Position numbers and translations under genes: made by a program. 64,000 nucleotides of DNA from NCBI GenBank assembly GCA_963676835.2, contig CAXXFF010000002.1:1696001-1760000 (forward strand), written 5' to 3'. Below, piece after piece: positions 18,686 through 28,823 of the stretch. The first letter of the stretch is position 1, and every line of letters starts with the position of its first letter. A model generated the notes under the pieces. That model saw only the letters and a list, made by a program, of their open reading frames with translations, searched no databases and was not told the DNA's origin. The DNA comes from Marispirochaeta sp. (GTDB lineage Bacteria > Spirochaetota > Spirochaetia > JC444 > Marispirochaetaceae).

Positions 18686-18784
18686 GCGTTACGGATTGGA
18701 GGGGCGCCGGCAGGCGGTGCGGAGCACGGGACCCCCGCAAAGCCGGACCGCTGACGCTCCGGAGGGGCGGCAGGGGTAACGCCC
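18686..18784 (-). ncRNA. Flavo-1-like RNA / interspersed structured repeat
   Basis: Minus strand GGGCGTTACCC...GGTCCGGCTTTGCGGGG...GCCCCTCCAATCCGTAACGC matches the Flavo-1 terminal patterns as recalled. Confidence 0.6.
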
Positions 18785-18811
18785 GGAAGATGTTTGAAAA
18801 GCTGTATCCCA

Positions 18812-18840
18812 TTGACAGACGGGTATATAAGGCGTACTCT
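18812..18840 (+). promoter_or_regulatory. sigma70 promoter for prfC
   Basis: TTGACA-N17-TACTCT. Confidence 0.65.
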
Positions 18841-18885
18841 ATGCACTACCTCAGAACCCCATTTTTCCCATAGGTACGTTTAATT

Positions 18886-20520
18886 ATGCCGAATCAGAAT
18901 ACTGCAAGAGAGGGAAGTATCTCTCCGCTACAGCAGGAAATAGATAAACGACTCACGTTCGCCATCATCTCTCACCCGGATGCGGGTAAGACCACCATTA
19001 CCGAGAAGCTGCTGCTTTTTGGAGGGGCTATTCATATGGCCGGGGCGGTTAAGAGCAAGAAGAATGCCCGGCAAACGGTTTCCGACTTTATGAAGATGGA
19101 GCAGGAGAGGGGTATTTCGATTTCCACCTCGGTTATGGGCTTTCATTACCGGGACCGCCTGGTGAATCTGCTGGATACTCCCGGGCACGCCGACTTTTCC
19201 GAGGATACCTACCGGACTTTGACGGCGGTGGACTCGGTGCTGATGGTGATCGACTCGGTGAAGGGTGTGGAGGAACGGACCCGGAAGCTCTGCGAGGTCT
19301 GTAAGATGCGCAGGACGCCGATTATCACTTTCTTAAACAAGTACGACCGGGAAGGCAAGGAGGCCATTGAGCTTCTGGACGAGGTTGAGGCTGAGCTGAA
19401 CATCAAGGCCTGCCCCATGAGCTGGCCGGTGGGACAGGGAAACTCCTTTAAGGGTGTGTACAGCATTTACGAAAAGAAGCTGATTCTCTTTAAGCCCCAC
19501 GATGTGCAGCAGGTTGAGAGTTCCATCGAGATAAAGAGTCTTGATGATCCTCTTCTGGACGAGAAGCTTGGTTCTCTTGCGGACAAGCTGCGTGAGGAGC
19601 TGGATCTGGTTTTAGGGGTGTACCCTGAGTTTAATCTGGATGAGTACCTTGCCGGGACCATTACGCCGACTTTTTTCGGTTCTGCTTTGAACAACTTCGG
19701 TGTCCGGGAGCTTCTGGATGCTTTTATTGATATTGCACCGGCTCCCCGGAGTCAGGAGGCAAAGGAGCGGGTGGTTGCGCCCGGGGAGGAGAAGTTCTCC
19801 GGGCTGATTTTCAAGATTCACGCCAATCTTGATCCCAACCACCGGGACAGGATTGCCTTTATGCGCATCTGTTCCGGTACTTTTGAGCGGAACAAGCTGT
19901 ATCATCATGTACGGTCGGGAAAAAGTTTCCGCTCCGCCAACCCCACGGCCTTTATGGCCCAGGACCGGAGTATTATCGACAATGCCTTTCCCGGCGACAT
20001 TATCGGCCTGCACGATACGGGAACCCTGAAGATCGGCGATACTATTACCGAGGGCGAGAGCCTTGAGTATACCGGGATTCCCAGCTTTGCTCCCCAGATT
20101 TTCCGGCAGGTGATAAATCTTGAGCCCATGCGCAGCAAGCAGCTGAACAAGGGGCTTGAGCAGCTTACCGAAGAGGGGGTTGCCCAGCTCTTTATTAAGG
20201 AGCACACCCAGGACAAGCTGCTGGGGGTTGTGGGTATGCTGCAGTTTGAGGTTATTGCCCACCGCCTGCAGGAGGAGTATAAGGCTTCCGTACGCTTTGA
20301 GCCGGTGGAATACGGCGGGGCGGCCTGGATAGACGCGGATAACGAGAAGGTGCTGAATGATTTCCTGCGCTTTCACGGTAATAATGTGGCCTTTGACCGT
20401 GATGGGGAGCGGGTATTTCTATACCGCAACCAGTGGGCGGCGGCCCGGGCCATGGATGAGAATCCGGGGGTACGCTTCTATTTTACTTCGGATAAAAAAG
20501 AGCTGCTGAAAGCCCATTAG
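18886..20520 (+). CDS. prfC: Peptide chain release factor 3
   Basis: TFAIISHPDAGKTT.TEKLLL.GGAI, ERGIS..TSVM, LLDTPGH.DFSEDTYRTL. Confidence 0.98.
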   Translation: MPNQNTAREGSISPLQQEIDKRLTFAIISHPDAGKTTITEKLLLFGGAIHMAGAVKSKKNARQTVSDFMKMEQERGISISTSVMGFHYRDRLVNLLDTPGHADFSEDTYRTLTAVDSVLMVIDSVKGVEERTRKLCEVCKMRRTPIITFLNKYDREGKEAIELLDEVEAELNIKACPMSWPVGQGNSFKGVYSIYEKKLILFKPHDVQQVESSIEIKSLDDPLLDEKLGSLADKLREELDLVLGVYPEFNLDEYLAGTITPTFFGSALNNFGVRELLDAFIDIAPAPRSQEAKERVVAPGEEKFSGLIFKIHANLDPNHRDRIAFMRICSGTFERNKLYHHVRSGKSFRSANPTAFMAQDRSIIDNAFPGDIIGLHDTGTLKIGDTITEGESLEYTGIPSFAPQIFRQVINLEPMRSKQLNKGLEQLTEEGVAQLFIKEHTQDKLLGVVGMLQFEVIAHRLQEEYKASVRFEPVEYGGAAWIDADNEKVLNDFLRFHGNNVAFDRDGERVFLYRNQWAAARAMDENPGVRFYFTSDKKELLKAH

Positions 20521-20671
20521 ACCGGGGGTTAGCAGTATCTTTATTATAAAGATACTTTCTATAGATACTTCAGGGGCGCGGTAAAATGCGGTTTGAATGA
20601 GTGTCTTGTAGAGATATAGAAAAAGTTTACCTGTTTTAACGAAGGGAAAGGGAAATTTTAGGAGGAATCCA

Positions 20672-20995
20672 ATGAAACATACAGACATTATGCGCATGGA
20701 GCGCGAGAAGAGGCGGGCAGAAAAAAAATCCGACCGCCTGATGAAGGGCGGGGCAGATGCCCGTTCGGTAAAGGATTTTATCGACGAACTGCACGATCTG
20801 TTTTTCTTTGATGAGAACAAGATCTACAACATTAAGGATAATGTTGAGATTATGGAACTCTTTGAAGATATGATGGAAGAGATTTCCGATAAGCAGTGGG
20901 ATAATGTTCTTCGCAAAGCGATCCGAAAGGCAAAGGTTGCCCAGAAGGACGAGGCCTACAACGAGCTGAAGGCTATTTTCGACGAGCTGAGCTGA
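20672..20995 (+). CDS. Conserved hypothetical helical protein
   Basis: 107 aa, strong RBS AGGAGG, charged helical composition. Confidence 0.75.
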   Translation: MKHTDIMRMEREKRRAEKKSDRLMKGGADARSVKDFIDELHDLFFFDENKIYNIKDNVEIMELFEDMMEEISDKQWDNVLRKAIRKAKVAQKDEAYNELKAIFDELS

Positions 20996-21040
20996 TATTA
21001 TCGGTAGAAAGCAGAGAGCTGAAAGTATTGGTAGATAGTA

Positions 21041-22234
21041 TCACCGTATCTGCAAGAGCAGACCTTTCAGGTATTCACCTTCCGGCTGAAAGATATTGAT
21101 TGGATGATCAGCCGGCTGGGTGAGTCTTCCCAGCACCCGGATGCTGCGGCCCGCTTCGATGGCCGCGGCCCGGACTGCTCCTTCAAAAAGTTCCTGACCG
21201 ACAACCTGACTGCAGGAGAAGGTAAGCACCAGTCCTCCTGCCGGAATAACCCCGAAAGCGGCCTGATTGAGCCGTTTGTACCCCTGCACCGCCTGGTGTC
21301 GGGCGCTTTTATGTTTGGCGAAGGCCGGCGGATCAAGAATTATAAGATCAAACTCACTGCCTCTGTCTCTAAGTACGGGATACACCTCGCTGCGTGCGCT
21401 TTCGTGGCGTTCCGCTCCGCTGTTGAGCTTGAGGTTCTCTTCCAGCATGTCCATGGCGTGGGCTGAGGAGTCTACGGAGAGTACTTTCTCTGCACCTGAT
21501 TTCAGAGCGTAGATGGAAAAGCCTCCGGAGTAGCTGAAGGCGTTGAGCACCTTCTTTCCTTCCGCAAGACTGCCTAAAAGGGCCCTGTTGTCCCGCTGAT
21601 CCAGAAAGAAGCCGGTTTTCTGGCCCTCTTCCCAGTTTACCCGGAAGGTATGGCCGTTTTCCTGTATGTCTGCGGCGGGGAAGGGTTCTCCTTCGGTATA
21701 GAGGTAGCGGTTTTCAATTTCCCCCAGTTTCCGTCCTCCCAGGGTTCCGGCAGATTTGTCGTACACCTGTTTTAACCCCTCACCGATTACCTCTTTCAGG
21801 CTGTCGGCGATAAGTTCCGCATTGCGGTAGATGCCGTAACTGTGGGCCTGGATAACGGCGGTGCCCTTGTACCAGTCGACTATTAAACCGGGGATGCCGT
21901 CGCCGTCGCCGTGAACCAGGCGGAAGGCGTTTGTCTTATCTGAGCCGGTGAGCCTTAGGGATGAGCGCAGTTTCCAGGCTTCGCTCAGCTTTTTTATAAA
22001 CAGCTCCCGCCCGATGGCTTCGCCCTTGAAGCTGAGAATACGTACGGCGATGCTGCCCCCTTCATAGAAGCCTGTGCCCAGGAGGTCGCCGTTGGCGGCA
22101 TGTACCGCGATGGTGTCGCCGGGTTGGGGATCACCTTCTGTGCGGCTGACTGCTCCGGAAAATATCCAGGGGTGAAAGCGGCGGACTGATGCGTCCTTGC
22201 CTTTTTTTAAGATGAGTTTACAATTCTCGCTCAT
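21041..22234 (-). CDS. rlmI: RlmI-family SAM-dependent rRNA methyltransferase
   Basis: HPWIFSGAV PUA domain, GDG.PGLIVD, GQKTGFFLDQR.NR, FSYSGGFS, ILDPPAF, TFSCS. Confidence 0.9.
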   Translation of the reverse strand: MSENCKLILKKGKDASVRRFHPWIFSGAVSRTEGDPQPGDTIAVHAANGDLLGTGFYEGGSIAVRILSFKGEAIGRELFIKKLSEAWKLRSSLRLTGSDKTNAFRLVHGDGDGIPGLIVDWYKGTAVIQAHSYGIYRNAELIADSLKEVIGEGLKQVYDKSAGTLGGRKLGEIENRYLYTEGEPFPAADIQENGHTFRVNWEEGQKTGFFLDQRDNRALLGSLAEGKKVLNAFSYSGGFSIYALKSGAEKVLSVDSSAHAMDMLEENLKLNSGAERHESARSEVYPVLRDRGSEFDLIILDPPAFAKHKSARHQAVQGYKRLNQAAFGVIPAGGLVLTFSCSQVVGQELFEGAVRAAAIEAGRSIRVLGRLTQPADHPINIFQPEGEYLKGLLLQIR

Positions 22235-22270
22235 GGCAAAATCCTTGTGTATACAGCTGATGTCTGGCAG

Positions 22271-24286
22271 CTACTGAATATTCATTACCGAGGGAATGGT
22301 GCGGATGCTTTTAAGAACGGTTTTAAAGTCCTCTTTTCTGTCCAGCTCCATGGTGAAGAATCCGGTAAGGTTGCCCCGGTCGTTTTCTTCAACCTTTCCT
22401 TCTATGAGGTGTCCTTTGTATTTGCGTACCGCCCCTTCGATTTCGGAAAAGAGGTCCGAGGTCATTCTGGCGGTAATCTGAAAGCGCCGTGTTGCCCTTG
22501 GGGTGGAGGCTTCCCATTCCACCTCAACACTGCGCACGTCGAACTCGTTTATGCCTGCCAGGTTCGGGCAGTCTTTGCGGTGAACTATAATGCCGCGCCC
22601 CCGGGATATATAGCCGATAATCTCGTCCCCGGTGGTGGGCATGCAGCACTTGGCCATGGTGATCATCATGTTGCGCTCGCCGCCGATTTTGAAGGCTACT
22701 TTGGACTGGTCGACAATCTGCTTGATAACTGCTTCGGTTGTCTCTTCCGCCTTTTCCTCTTCCGGCGGTCCCGGTACTTCCGGCTCCTGACGCTTTTTGG
22801 CGATGATGTTCTTGTCAATGATCAGGCTGTCATCGTGGGCATTGAGCCAGTGCCGTATTTTTCCCTTGGCCCGGGAGGTTTTTACAAACTTCAGCCAGTT
22901 TACATGGGGATGGGCGGTGTTGTTGGTCATTATGTCCACCACCTGGGTATTCTTCAGCTCCGTGTTGAGGGAGATGATTGAGCCGTCAGCCTTGGCTCCC
23001 AGGCAGTGATTGCCCACTTCGGTGTGGATGTGATAGGCAAAATCCAGGGCGGTTGCCCCCTTGGGCATTTCGATAATGTCGCCCCGGGGGGTAAACACAT
23101 AGATGGTGTCCCGGAGGAGTTCGCTCTTGATTTCTGTAAGAAATTCCGAGGAGGTATAGCCCTTGCCGTTGAGGCTTTTCAGTTTGCTTATTATAGCCAG
23201 ATCGGCATGCTGGATGCGGTCCTTGTTCTGTCCTCTTTTATAGGCCCAGTGGGCGGCGATTCCCATTTCCGCTGTGGCATGCATGGCGTGGGTACGGATC
23301 TGGATCTCCAGCTGTTTGCCTCCCCAGCACATTACCGTTGTATGCAGGCTCTGATACTGGTTTGATTTGGGCATGGCTATATAGTCTTTAAAGCGTCCTT
23401 CGATGGGGGGCCAGAGTTTATGCACAAGCCCTAAGAGGGTGTAGCACTCACTGGTTGTATCGCAGAGAATCCTCAGGCCGAGAAGGTCGTGGATTTCGTT
23501 AAAGCTTTTCTGCCGGCGGCGCATTTTGTTGTAGATGGAATAGAAGTGCTTGGCCCGGCTGTAGACGTCTATTTTAATGCCCTCTTTGCTGGCCTGCTGC
23601 TGGATGGTGCGTTCCACCTTTTTGAGGTAGTCAGCCCGTTTCCGCTTCTTCTCGGTCATGGCTTCTTTTATCTGGGTATAGACCTGGGGGTGCAGGTGTT
23701 TGAGGGCAAGGTCTTCCAGTTCGATTTTCATCCAGGAGATACCGAGCCGGTCCGCCAGGGGTGCGTAGATATCCAGACACTCCTGGGCTATGCGTTTGCG
23801 CTTTTCTTCCGGCAGGTACTCCAGGGTGCTCATGTTGTGGAGCTTATCGGCGAGTTTTATCAGGATAACCCGGATGTCCTTGGTCATGGCAAAGAGCATT
23901 TTGCGGATGGTTTCCGCTCCCTGAACGCTCTTGCTCTTTGCACGCAGGATAGAGATCTTGGTTACGCCGTTAACCAGAGAGACAACTTCCTTGCCGAAAC
24001 GGCGCTGCATCTCTTTTTTCGAGCCTTCTGTATCTTCCAGAACATCATGGAGCAGGGCGGCGATAATAGCTTCGCAGTCCATTTCAAGCTGAATGAGAAT
24101 TTCCGCTACATGCAGGGGGTGGACATAGTAGGGCTCGCCGGAGGCTCGCTTCTGGTCGCCGTGGAGTTCATGACCCCACTCGACAGCTTCAATTATTTTG
24201 TCCTGTTCTTTTTCTGAGTAGCGTTCGAGTTTTTGTCGAAACTGCTGAATCTGTGCTTCCATGGTCCCTTGTGCTGTAATCTCCAT
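22271..24286 (-). CDS. rel: Bifunctional (p)ppGpp synthetase/hydrolase Rel
   Basis: R.SGEPY..HP, LLHDVLED, KLADKLHN, RFKDYI, YQSLHTT, TGS (VFTP.G...DFAY.IHTEVG), CC, ACT. Confidence 0.95.
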   Translation of the reverse strand: MEITAQGTMEAQIQQFRQKLERYSEKEQDKIIEAVEWGHELHGDQKRASGEPYYVHPLHVAEILIQLEMDCEAIIAALLHDVLEDTEGSKKEMQRRFGKEVVSLVNGVTKISILRAKSKSVQGAETIRKMLFAMTKDIRVILIKLADKLHNMSTLEYLPEEKRKRIAQECLDIYAPLADRLGISWMKIELEDLALKHLHPQVYTQIKEAMTEKKRKRADYLKKVERTIQQQASKEGIKIDVYSRAKHFYSIYNKMRRRQKSFNEIHDLLGLRILCDTTSECYTLLGLVHKLWPPIEGRFKDYIAMPKSNQYQSLHTTVMCWGGKQLEIQIRTHAMHATAEMGIAAHWAYKRGQNKDRIQHADLAIISKLKSLNGKGYTSSEFLTEIKSELLRDTIYVFTPRGDIIEMPKGATALDFAYHIHTEVGNHCLGAKADGSIISLNTELKNTQVVDIMTNNTAHPHVNWLKFVKTSRAKGKIRHWLNAHDDSLIIDKNIIAKKRQEPEVPGPPEEEKAEETTEAVIKQIVDQSKVAFKIGGERNMMITMAKCCMPTTGDEIIGYISRGRGIIVHRKDCPNLAGINEFDVRSVEVEWEASTPRATRRFQITARMTSDLFSEIEGAVRKYKGHLIEGKVEENDRGNLTGFFTMELDRKEDFKTVLKSIRTIPSVMNIQ

Positions 24287-24320
24287 GCTCTCTTATCGGC
24301 TTCCTTTTACAGGAAAACGC

Positions 24321-25151
24321 TTATCTGCAGCCCCGGGCATCCCGCGGCCGGCCGCTCAAGTCTTTAATTATGTCGACATCCCGGTAGCCGTACTTGACCA
24401 TGGTATCCGCAATCCGCGGTACCAGAGCGGGGGAAGCCTCTACTATAAGATAACCATTCTCGACAAGACGATCCATACTCTCTGTCAAAAGTCGGGGGAT
24501 GAGGGCGAAGCCGTCTTCTCCGCCGTCCAGAGCCAGTACCGGTTCCGGCCAGCCACGGCTGACCATTCCTTCAACGTAATCATGCTCAACGTAGGGCGGA
24601 TTACAGGTTATCAGATCGAAGGGGCCTTCCACGGCATAGAGCAGGTCGCTCACTTGTGCCGGGAGGGGCATTTTAAGGAGGGAGCGGAAGTTGAAGTCCG
24701 CAACCTCCAGGGCTTCCGGTGATATGTCGGAAACGGAAATTTCCAGCCCGGGGATTTCCGACTTGAGTGCTGCAGCAATGCAGCCGCTGCCGGTGCAGCT
24801 GTCGTGGACCCGGCTGAAGCGGGGGGTTGCCCGCAGTATACGCAGAGCCTCCTCCACCAGCACCTCAGTATCCGGCCGGGGGACCAGTACCCGGGAGTCC
24901 ACGTAGAACTCCATGTCCCAGAACTCCTTGCGGTTGCGGATGTAGGATACAGGTTCTCCCTTAAGACGCCGCTTGAGAAGTTCCCGGAAAAAACCTTCGG
25001 TCACCATGGGGACTTCGTCGGGAAGACTTGCCAGAAGCCGTTCCTTTGATACCCCGGAGGCGTGGCACAGCAGTACCAGGGCATCCAGATAGGGAGAGTC
25101 CGTTGATTCCAGCTCCCTGCTGGCGGATTGAAGAAGATCGCGGAATGTCAT
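24321..25151 (-). CDS. prmC: Release factor glutamine methyltransferase
   Basis: GEP.SYI, VLVPRPDTE.LVE, CTGSGCI, NPPY, LDGG.DG; follows prfA. Confidence 0.95.
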   Translation of the reverse strand: MTFRDLLQSASRELESTDSPYLDALVLLCHASGVSKERLLASLPDEVPMVTEGFFRELLKRRLKGEPVSYIRNRKEFWDMEFYVDSRVLVPRPDTEVLVEEALRILRATPRFSRVHDSCTGSGCIAAALKSEIPGLEISVSDISPEALEVADFNFRSLLKMPLPAQVSDLLYAVEGPFDLITCNPPYVEHDYVEGMVSRGWPEPVLALDGGEDGFALIPRLLTESMDRLVENGYLIVEASPALVPRIADTMVKYGYRDVDIIKDLSGRPRDARGCR

Positions 25152-25160
25152 GTAAACAGA

Positions 25161-26231
25161 TCAGGAGGAAATGCTTTTAAGCATCTCTTCTCGTACGCTC
25201 ACCTTCAGGGATTCCAGCAGCTCTTCCATGGAGCCTTCTATAATGGAATCCAGCTTGTAGAGGGTAAGGTTGATGCGATGATCGGTTACCCGGTTCTGGG
25301 GGAAGTTGTAGGTTCGGATCCGCTCGGAGCGGTCTCCGGAGCCGATCTGGCTTTTTCTGGCTTCCGAGCGCTCCGCCTGTTTTCTGCTCTCTTCCGCTTC
25401 GAAAAGGCGGGCCCGCAATACCTTGAGTGCCTTTGCCTTGTTCTTGTGCTGGGACTTCTCATCCTGACAGGAGACAACCAGCCCGGTGGGAAGGTGGGTT
25501 ATACGGATAGCCGAATCGGTGGTGTTAACATGCTGTCCTCCAGCTCCCTGGGCGCGGAAGGTATCTATTCTCAGCTCGCTCTCGTTTACTTCGATATCCG
25601 TCTCTTCCGCTTCGGGAAGTACCGCCACGGTTACCGCGGAGGTATGGATACGTCCACCGGACTCGGTGGCGGGAACCCGCTGTACCCGGTGAACACCGCT
25701 CTCGTAGCGGAGGTTTTCATAGACGTTCTTCCCGCTGACGGTATAGACAATCTCCTTGAAGCCCCCCAGTTCCATCTGGTTGGATTCCATTATCTCGATT
25801 TTCCAGCCTTTGCCTTCGGCGAAGCGGGTGTACATCCGGTAGAGGTCGGCAGCGAAGAGGGCTGCTTCGTCTCCGCCGGTACCGGCCCGGATTTCCATGA
25901 TAATGTTCTTTGCATCCAGGGGATCTTTGGGGATAATCAGGAATTTGAGTTCCTGTTCCAGTTCTTCCAGCTGTTTTTCGAGGTCCGACAGCTCTTCTTT
26001 GGCCATCTCTTTCATTTCCGGATCGGTCTCGCTCTCGGCAAGCTCTTTGGCATCGGAGAATTCGCTTTTCAGCTCTTTATATCTGGTATATACACTAACG
26101 ATTTCGTTAACCTGGGAGTGCTCCTGCATCAGGTCCCGATACCGCTTTATATCTTTCATAATATCCGGATCGGAGATCAGGGTTTCCAGTTCTTTATGTC
26201 GCAGGACATACTCTTCCAGTTTATCAAACAT
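25161..26231 (-). CDS. prfA: Peptide chain release factor 1
   Basis: [19 protein letters not shown] (PxT), [18 protein letters not shown]; start re-called at MFDKLEE. Confidence 0.97.
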   Translation of the reverse strand: MFDKLEEYVLRHKELETLISDPDIMKDIKRYRDLMQEHSQVNEIVSVYTRYKELKSEFSDAKELAESETDPEMKEMAKEELSDLEKQLEELEQELKFLIIPKDPLDAKNIIMEIRAGTGGDEAALFAADLYRMYTRFAEGKGWKIEIMESNQMELGGFKEIVYTVSGKNVYENLRYESGVHRVQRVPATESGGRIHTSAVTVAVLPEAEETDIEVNESELRIDTFRAQGAGGQHVNTTDSAIRITHLPTGLVVSCQDEKSQHKNKAKALKVLRARLFEAEESRKQAERSEARKSQIGSGDRSERIRTYNFPQNRVTDHRINLTLYKLDSIIEGSMEELLESLKVSVREEMLKSISS

Positions 26232-26406
26232 AGGGCTTTCGCTCTCTCCTCTCACCGGCGGGCCGGAATGGGTACCGGATACATAGTGCGTTTATGAAGG
26301 TATAGAATAGCAGATCTTGAGGCCTGTATAAAGAGGTCTGGATATTCTCATATGGATGGTGGTATATTGAGCTTAAGTTAATCTTGTAAAACAGTAAGGA
26401 GATAAT

Positions 26407-27390
26407 ATGAAAAAGATTATTAACCTTTCCATGGCCGTGCTTGCGGCTCTAATTTTCCTTGCCGGTTGTGCCGGCGGCGGTACTTCATCTTCCGGTTCCG
26501 GCAGTGGAATTTCTCTTTCCAACCCTGTAACAACAGCAGATTTTTCTTCTACCGATTATTCCGGTGGAGCTATCGCCCTGCCTGAGGATGCGGAAGACTC
26601 CCTCGAGCTTGCCGGATATCTGCTTGAACCGGTTGTGCTGAACAGCTTTACCTATCTTGCAGGGTTGTATGCTACCAGTACTCTGGATGACTGGTTGAAC
26701 GCAAACTTCGCTTTGACAACACCGACTGAAGATCTTGAAGCACTGTTTTCAGCTCTTATGAACAAACACGCATTTCCGAGCACGATTCTTGGTGTTGAAG
26801 CCAACGATGCTCCTTTCGGCACATTTGCTCAGCTTGGCGGAGAAGTCACCGGTACTATCGATACAGTTTTTTATGACGATGAAGAAACCAAGGCAGCCTC
26901 GGAAGTGTTTTCCCTGAGCCTGGATAATATTGATTACGATATTATTGCACCCCTTGCGTCAACCACCACCAGCGTTGAAGAGGGCCGATTGACCTTTTCT
27001 CTCAATCTCAACGCAACACTGGATTACACCTATGATGATTCGGGTGTTTTAACATCCGCTGATTGTGAGTACAGCATTTCTCTCCGGGGAATGCTTGCGT
27101 TAAGCGGCAGCTATAATCTTGACAATGATCTTAAGACAACCGGAGACCAGATGCAGGGACATGTTCTTGCTGATTTTGCCTTTGATGACAGCGACTCAAT
27201 TATCCTGACAGCTGCTATGCTGGTTGATCACTCTCTTATTGGAGCTGTTATCGGACCAGATAATTTCTCTTTCTCAATTCAGGCATACGGTGATCCTGCC
27301 GGTGATGCGGTTGTAGATGATAGCCTTTCACTTGAAGACCTGTTTTCCCTTATTGAAGATATGATTCCTACTGTACCGGCTGTTCCCTGA
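26407..27390 (+). CDS. Uncharacterised acidic lipoprotein
   Basis: RBS AAGGAG, lipobox LAGC, Ser/Gly tether. Confidence 0.75.
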   Translation: MKKIINLSMAVLAALIFLAGCAGGGTSSSGSGSGISLSNPVTTADFSSTDYSGGAIALPEDAEDSLELAGYLLEPVVLNSFTYLAGLYATSTLDDWLNANFALTTPTEDLEALFSALMNKHAFPSTILGVEANDAPFGTFAQLGGEVTGTIDTVFYDDEETKAASEVFSLSLDNIDYDIIAPLASTTTSVEEGRLTFSLNLNATLDYTYDDSGVLTSADCEYSISLRGMLALSGSYNLDNDLKTTGDQMQGHVLADFAFDDSDSIILTAAMLVDHSLIGAVIGPDNFSFSIQAYGDPAGDAVVDDSLSLEDLFSLIEDMIPTVPAVP

Positions 27391-27414
27391 TTATAACTGG
27401 TTTATAATTTCAGT

Positions 27415-28020
27415 TTATTCACCCTCCGGCTCAATCCGGGGGGTATTTTTTTGCTCTTTTTTCTGTCTGTCTTTGCTGTTGAACCCGAAAAGTGATCCGC
27501 AGATACCTCCCAGAATATGTGCGGTCTGGGATATCTCGTCGCTGCCGGTGATCATAATAAACTCTTTCAGCAGGTAGAGCACTACAATAAGAATAAAGGT
27601 TAAGGGAATGTCCCCGTTTCTGACATTGGTAAAGGATGCCAGGAGGATCATCATAAAGACGATTCCCGATGCTCCAAGAAGGGCGGTGTGAAAGAAGATG
27701 GTGTTTACTACTCCCGTTACCAGGGCGGTAAAAAAAATCATCCACAGAAGCCGCGGGGAGCCGTATTTCTCTTCAAGAATCGGCCCTATAAGCAGAATAA
27801 TGGCATAGTTGCTTAAGAGGTGCTCCCAGTTGGCATGGCCGATTACATGACTGACCAGCCGCACCCAGGCAAAGGGGTTTGAGAAGGAGAAGTAGCCCTG
27901 GGGCAGGGCGGTAAACAGCTTGAGCGTCAGATTGGCTCCGGTAGTACTGTCTATGAGCAGTACGGCTGCTGCAGCGAGGGTAAAGGTAAGGGTAACCGGG
28001 GCGTTGTAGCGGATGCGCAT
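27415..28020 (-). CDS. Rhomboid intramembrane serine protease
   Basis: H..W.HL..N, G..LEE..G, GASG, AH.LG...G. Confidence 0.9.
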   Translation of the reverse strand: MRIRYNAPVTLTFTLAAAAVLLIDSTTGANLTLKLFTALPQGYFSFSNPFAWVRLVSHVIGHANWEHLLSNYAIILLIGPILEEKYGSPRLLWMIFFTALVTGVVNTIFFHTALLGASGIVFMMILLASFTNVRNGDIPLTFILIVVLYLLKEFIMITGSDEISQTAHILGGICGSLFGFNSKDRQKKEQKNTPRIEPEGE

Positions 28021-28141
28021 GGGTGTTTCTCCATATTCCAGCAGATTGCTTCGGACAGTGTAGCATGGAAAAAATTTTTGTTCAGCTGATGCATTTTCGG
28101 CAATAATTGCTTACATTTATTACGGAAGGAGGAGCGGCGTT

Positions 28142-28714
28142 GTGACCCCCACTAATCAGAAAGGTATCAATCTTCTGCAGAATGGCAAGTACACCGAAGC
28201 CATTGATGTGTTTCTGGAGGTACTCTACGACGATCCTCTCGACCAGGAAGCCATGCGCAATATCGGCATCGCATATACCGAAGCCGGCATGAATAATGAA
28301 TCCATCAAGGCCCTGAATTCCTACCTGAATATGTGGCCCGACGACGCGGAAGCCCTGGAAGGACTGGGCTGCGCCTACTACCGGCAGAAAGCTTTTTTCA
28401 AATCCCAGGAGATTTTCAGGAAATCCCTTGAAATCCACCCCGACAACTCCTCGGTCTACCGGAATCTCGGTCTGTCACAGCTTGCTCTGAACCAGAAGGA
28501 AGAGGGATATGAGAACCTGAAGAGGGCCCATATGCTCAACCTTTTTGACTACAAAACCGCCTATGCCTTTGCAGCGGCCTGTCAGAAAACAGGACGGACC
28601 GATGAAGCTATGGAAATACTTACCGAGCTGCTTCAGGATCACATACCCAAGGATCTTGAAGAGAGTGTGCGCAGAGAACTGGAAGCTTTAAGGAAGTCCT
28701 CCAGGTTACGTTAA
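28142..28714 (+). CDS. TPR protein
   Basis: TPR helices; RBS GGAGGAG before GTG. Confidence 0.8.
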   Translation: MTPTNQKGINLLQNGKYTEAIDVFLEVLYDDPLDQEAMRNIGIAYTEAGMNNESIKALNSYLNMWPDDAEALEGLGCAYYRQKAFFKSQEIFRKSLEIHPDNSSVYRNLGLSQLALNQKEEGYENLKRAHMLNLFDYKTAYAFAAACQKTGRTDEAMEILTELLQDHIPKDLEESVRRELEALRKSSRLR

Positions 28715-28823
28715 CCTTTATCTCTTTCATTATTAAGCCGCCTTTGTCCTTGTGTTCACCTTTGAGTAGGCTGCAATGTCTTCGTTGACCATAGACCTCA
28801 GGCCCTGATACACTCATTTATAT

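Noticed and set aside
18730..18785. Possible c-di-GMP-I riboswitch (CGCAAAGCC...) on the + strand
   Set aside because: Lacks the GGCAAA/GNRA P2 stem and lies upstream of the prfC promoter; a Flavo-1-like element on the minus strand fits better
18223..18873. ORFs of 207, 90 and 61 aa across the BspA-prfC intergenic region
   Set aside because: Run through the structured repeat and promoter or overlap bspA; implausible composition
25128..26297. 389-aa + strand ORF (and similar ORFs at 55603-56970, 50082-51038, 19612-20376, 61302-61934)
   Set aside because: Antisense shadows of prfA, pcrA, the TPR gene, prfC and eno
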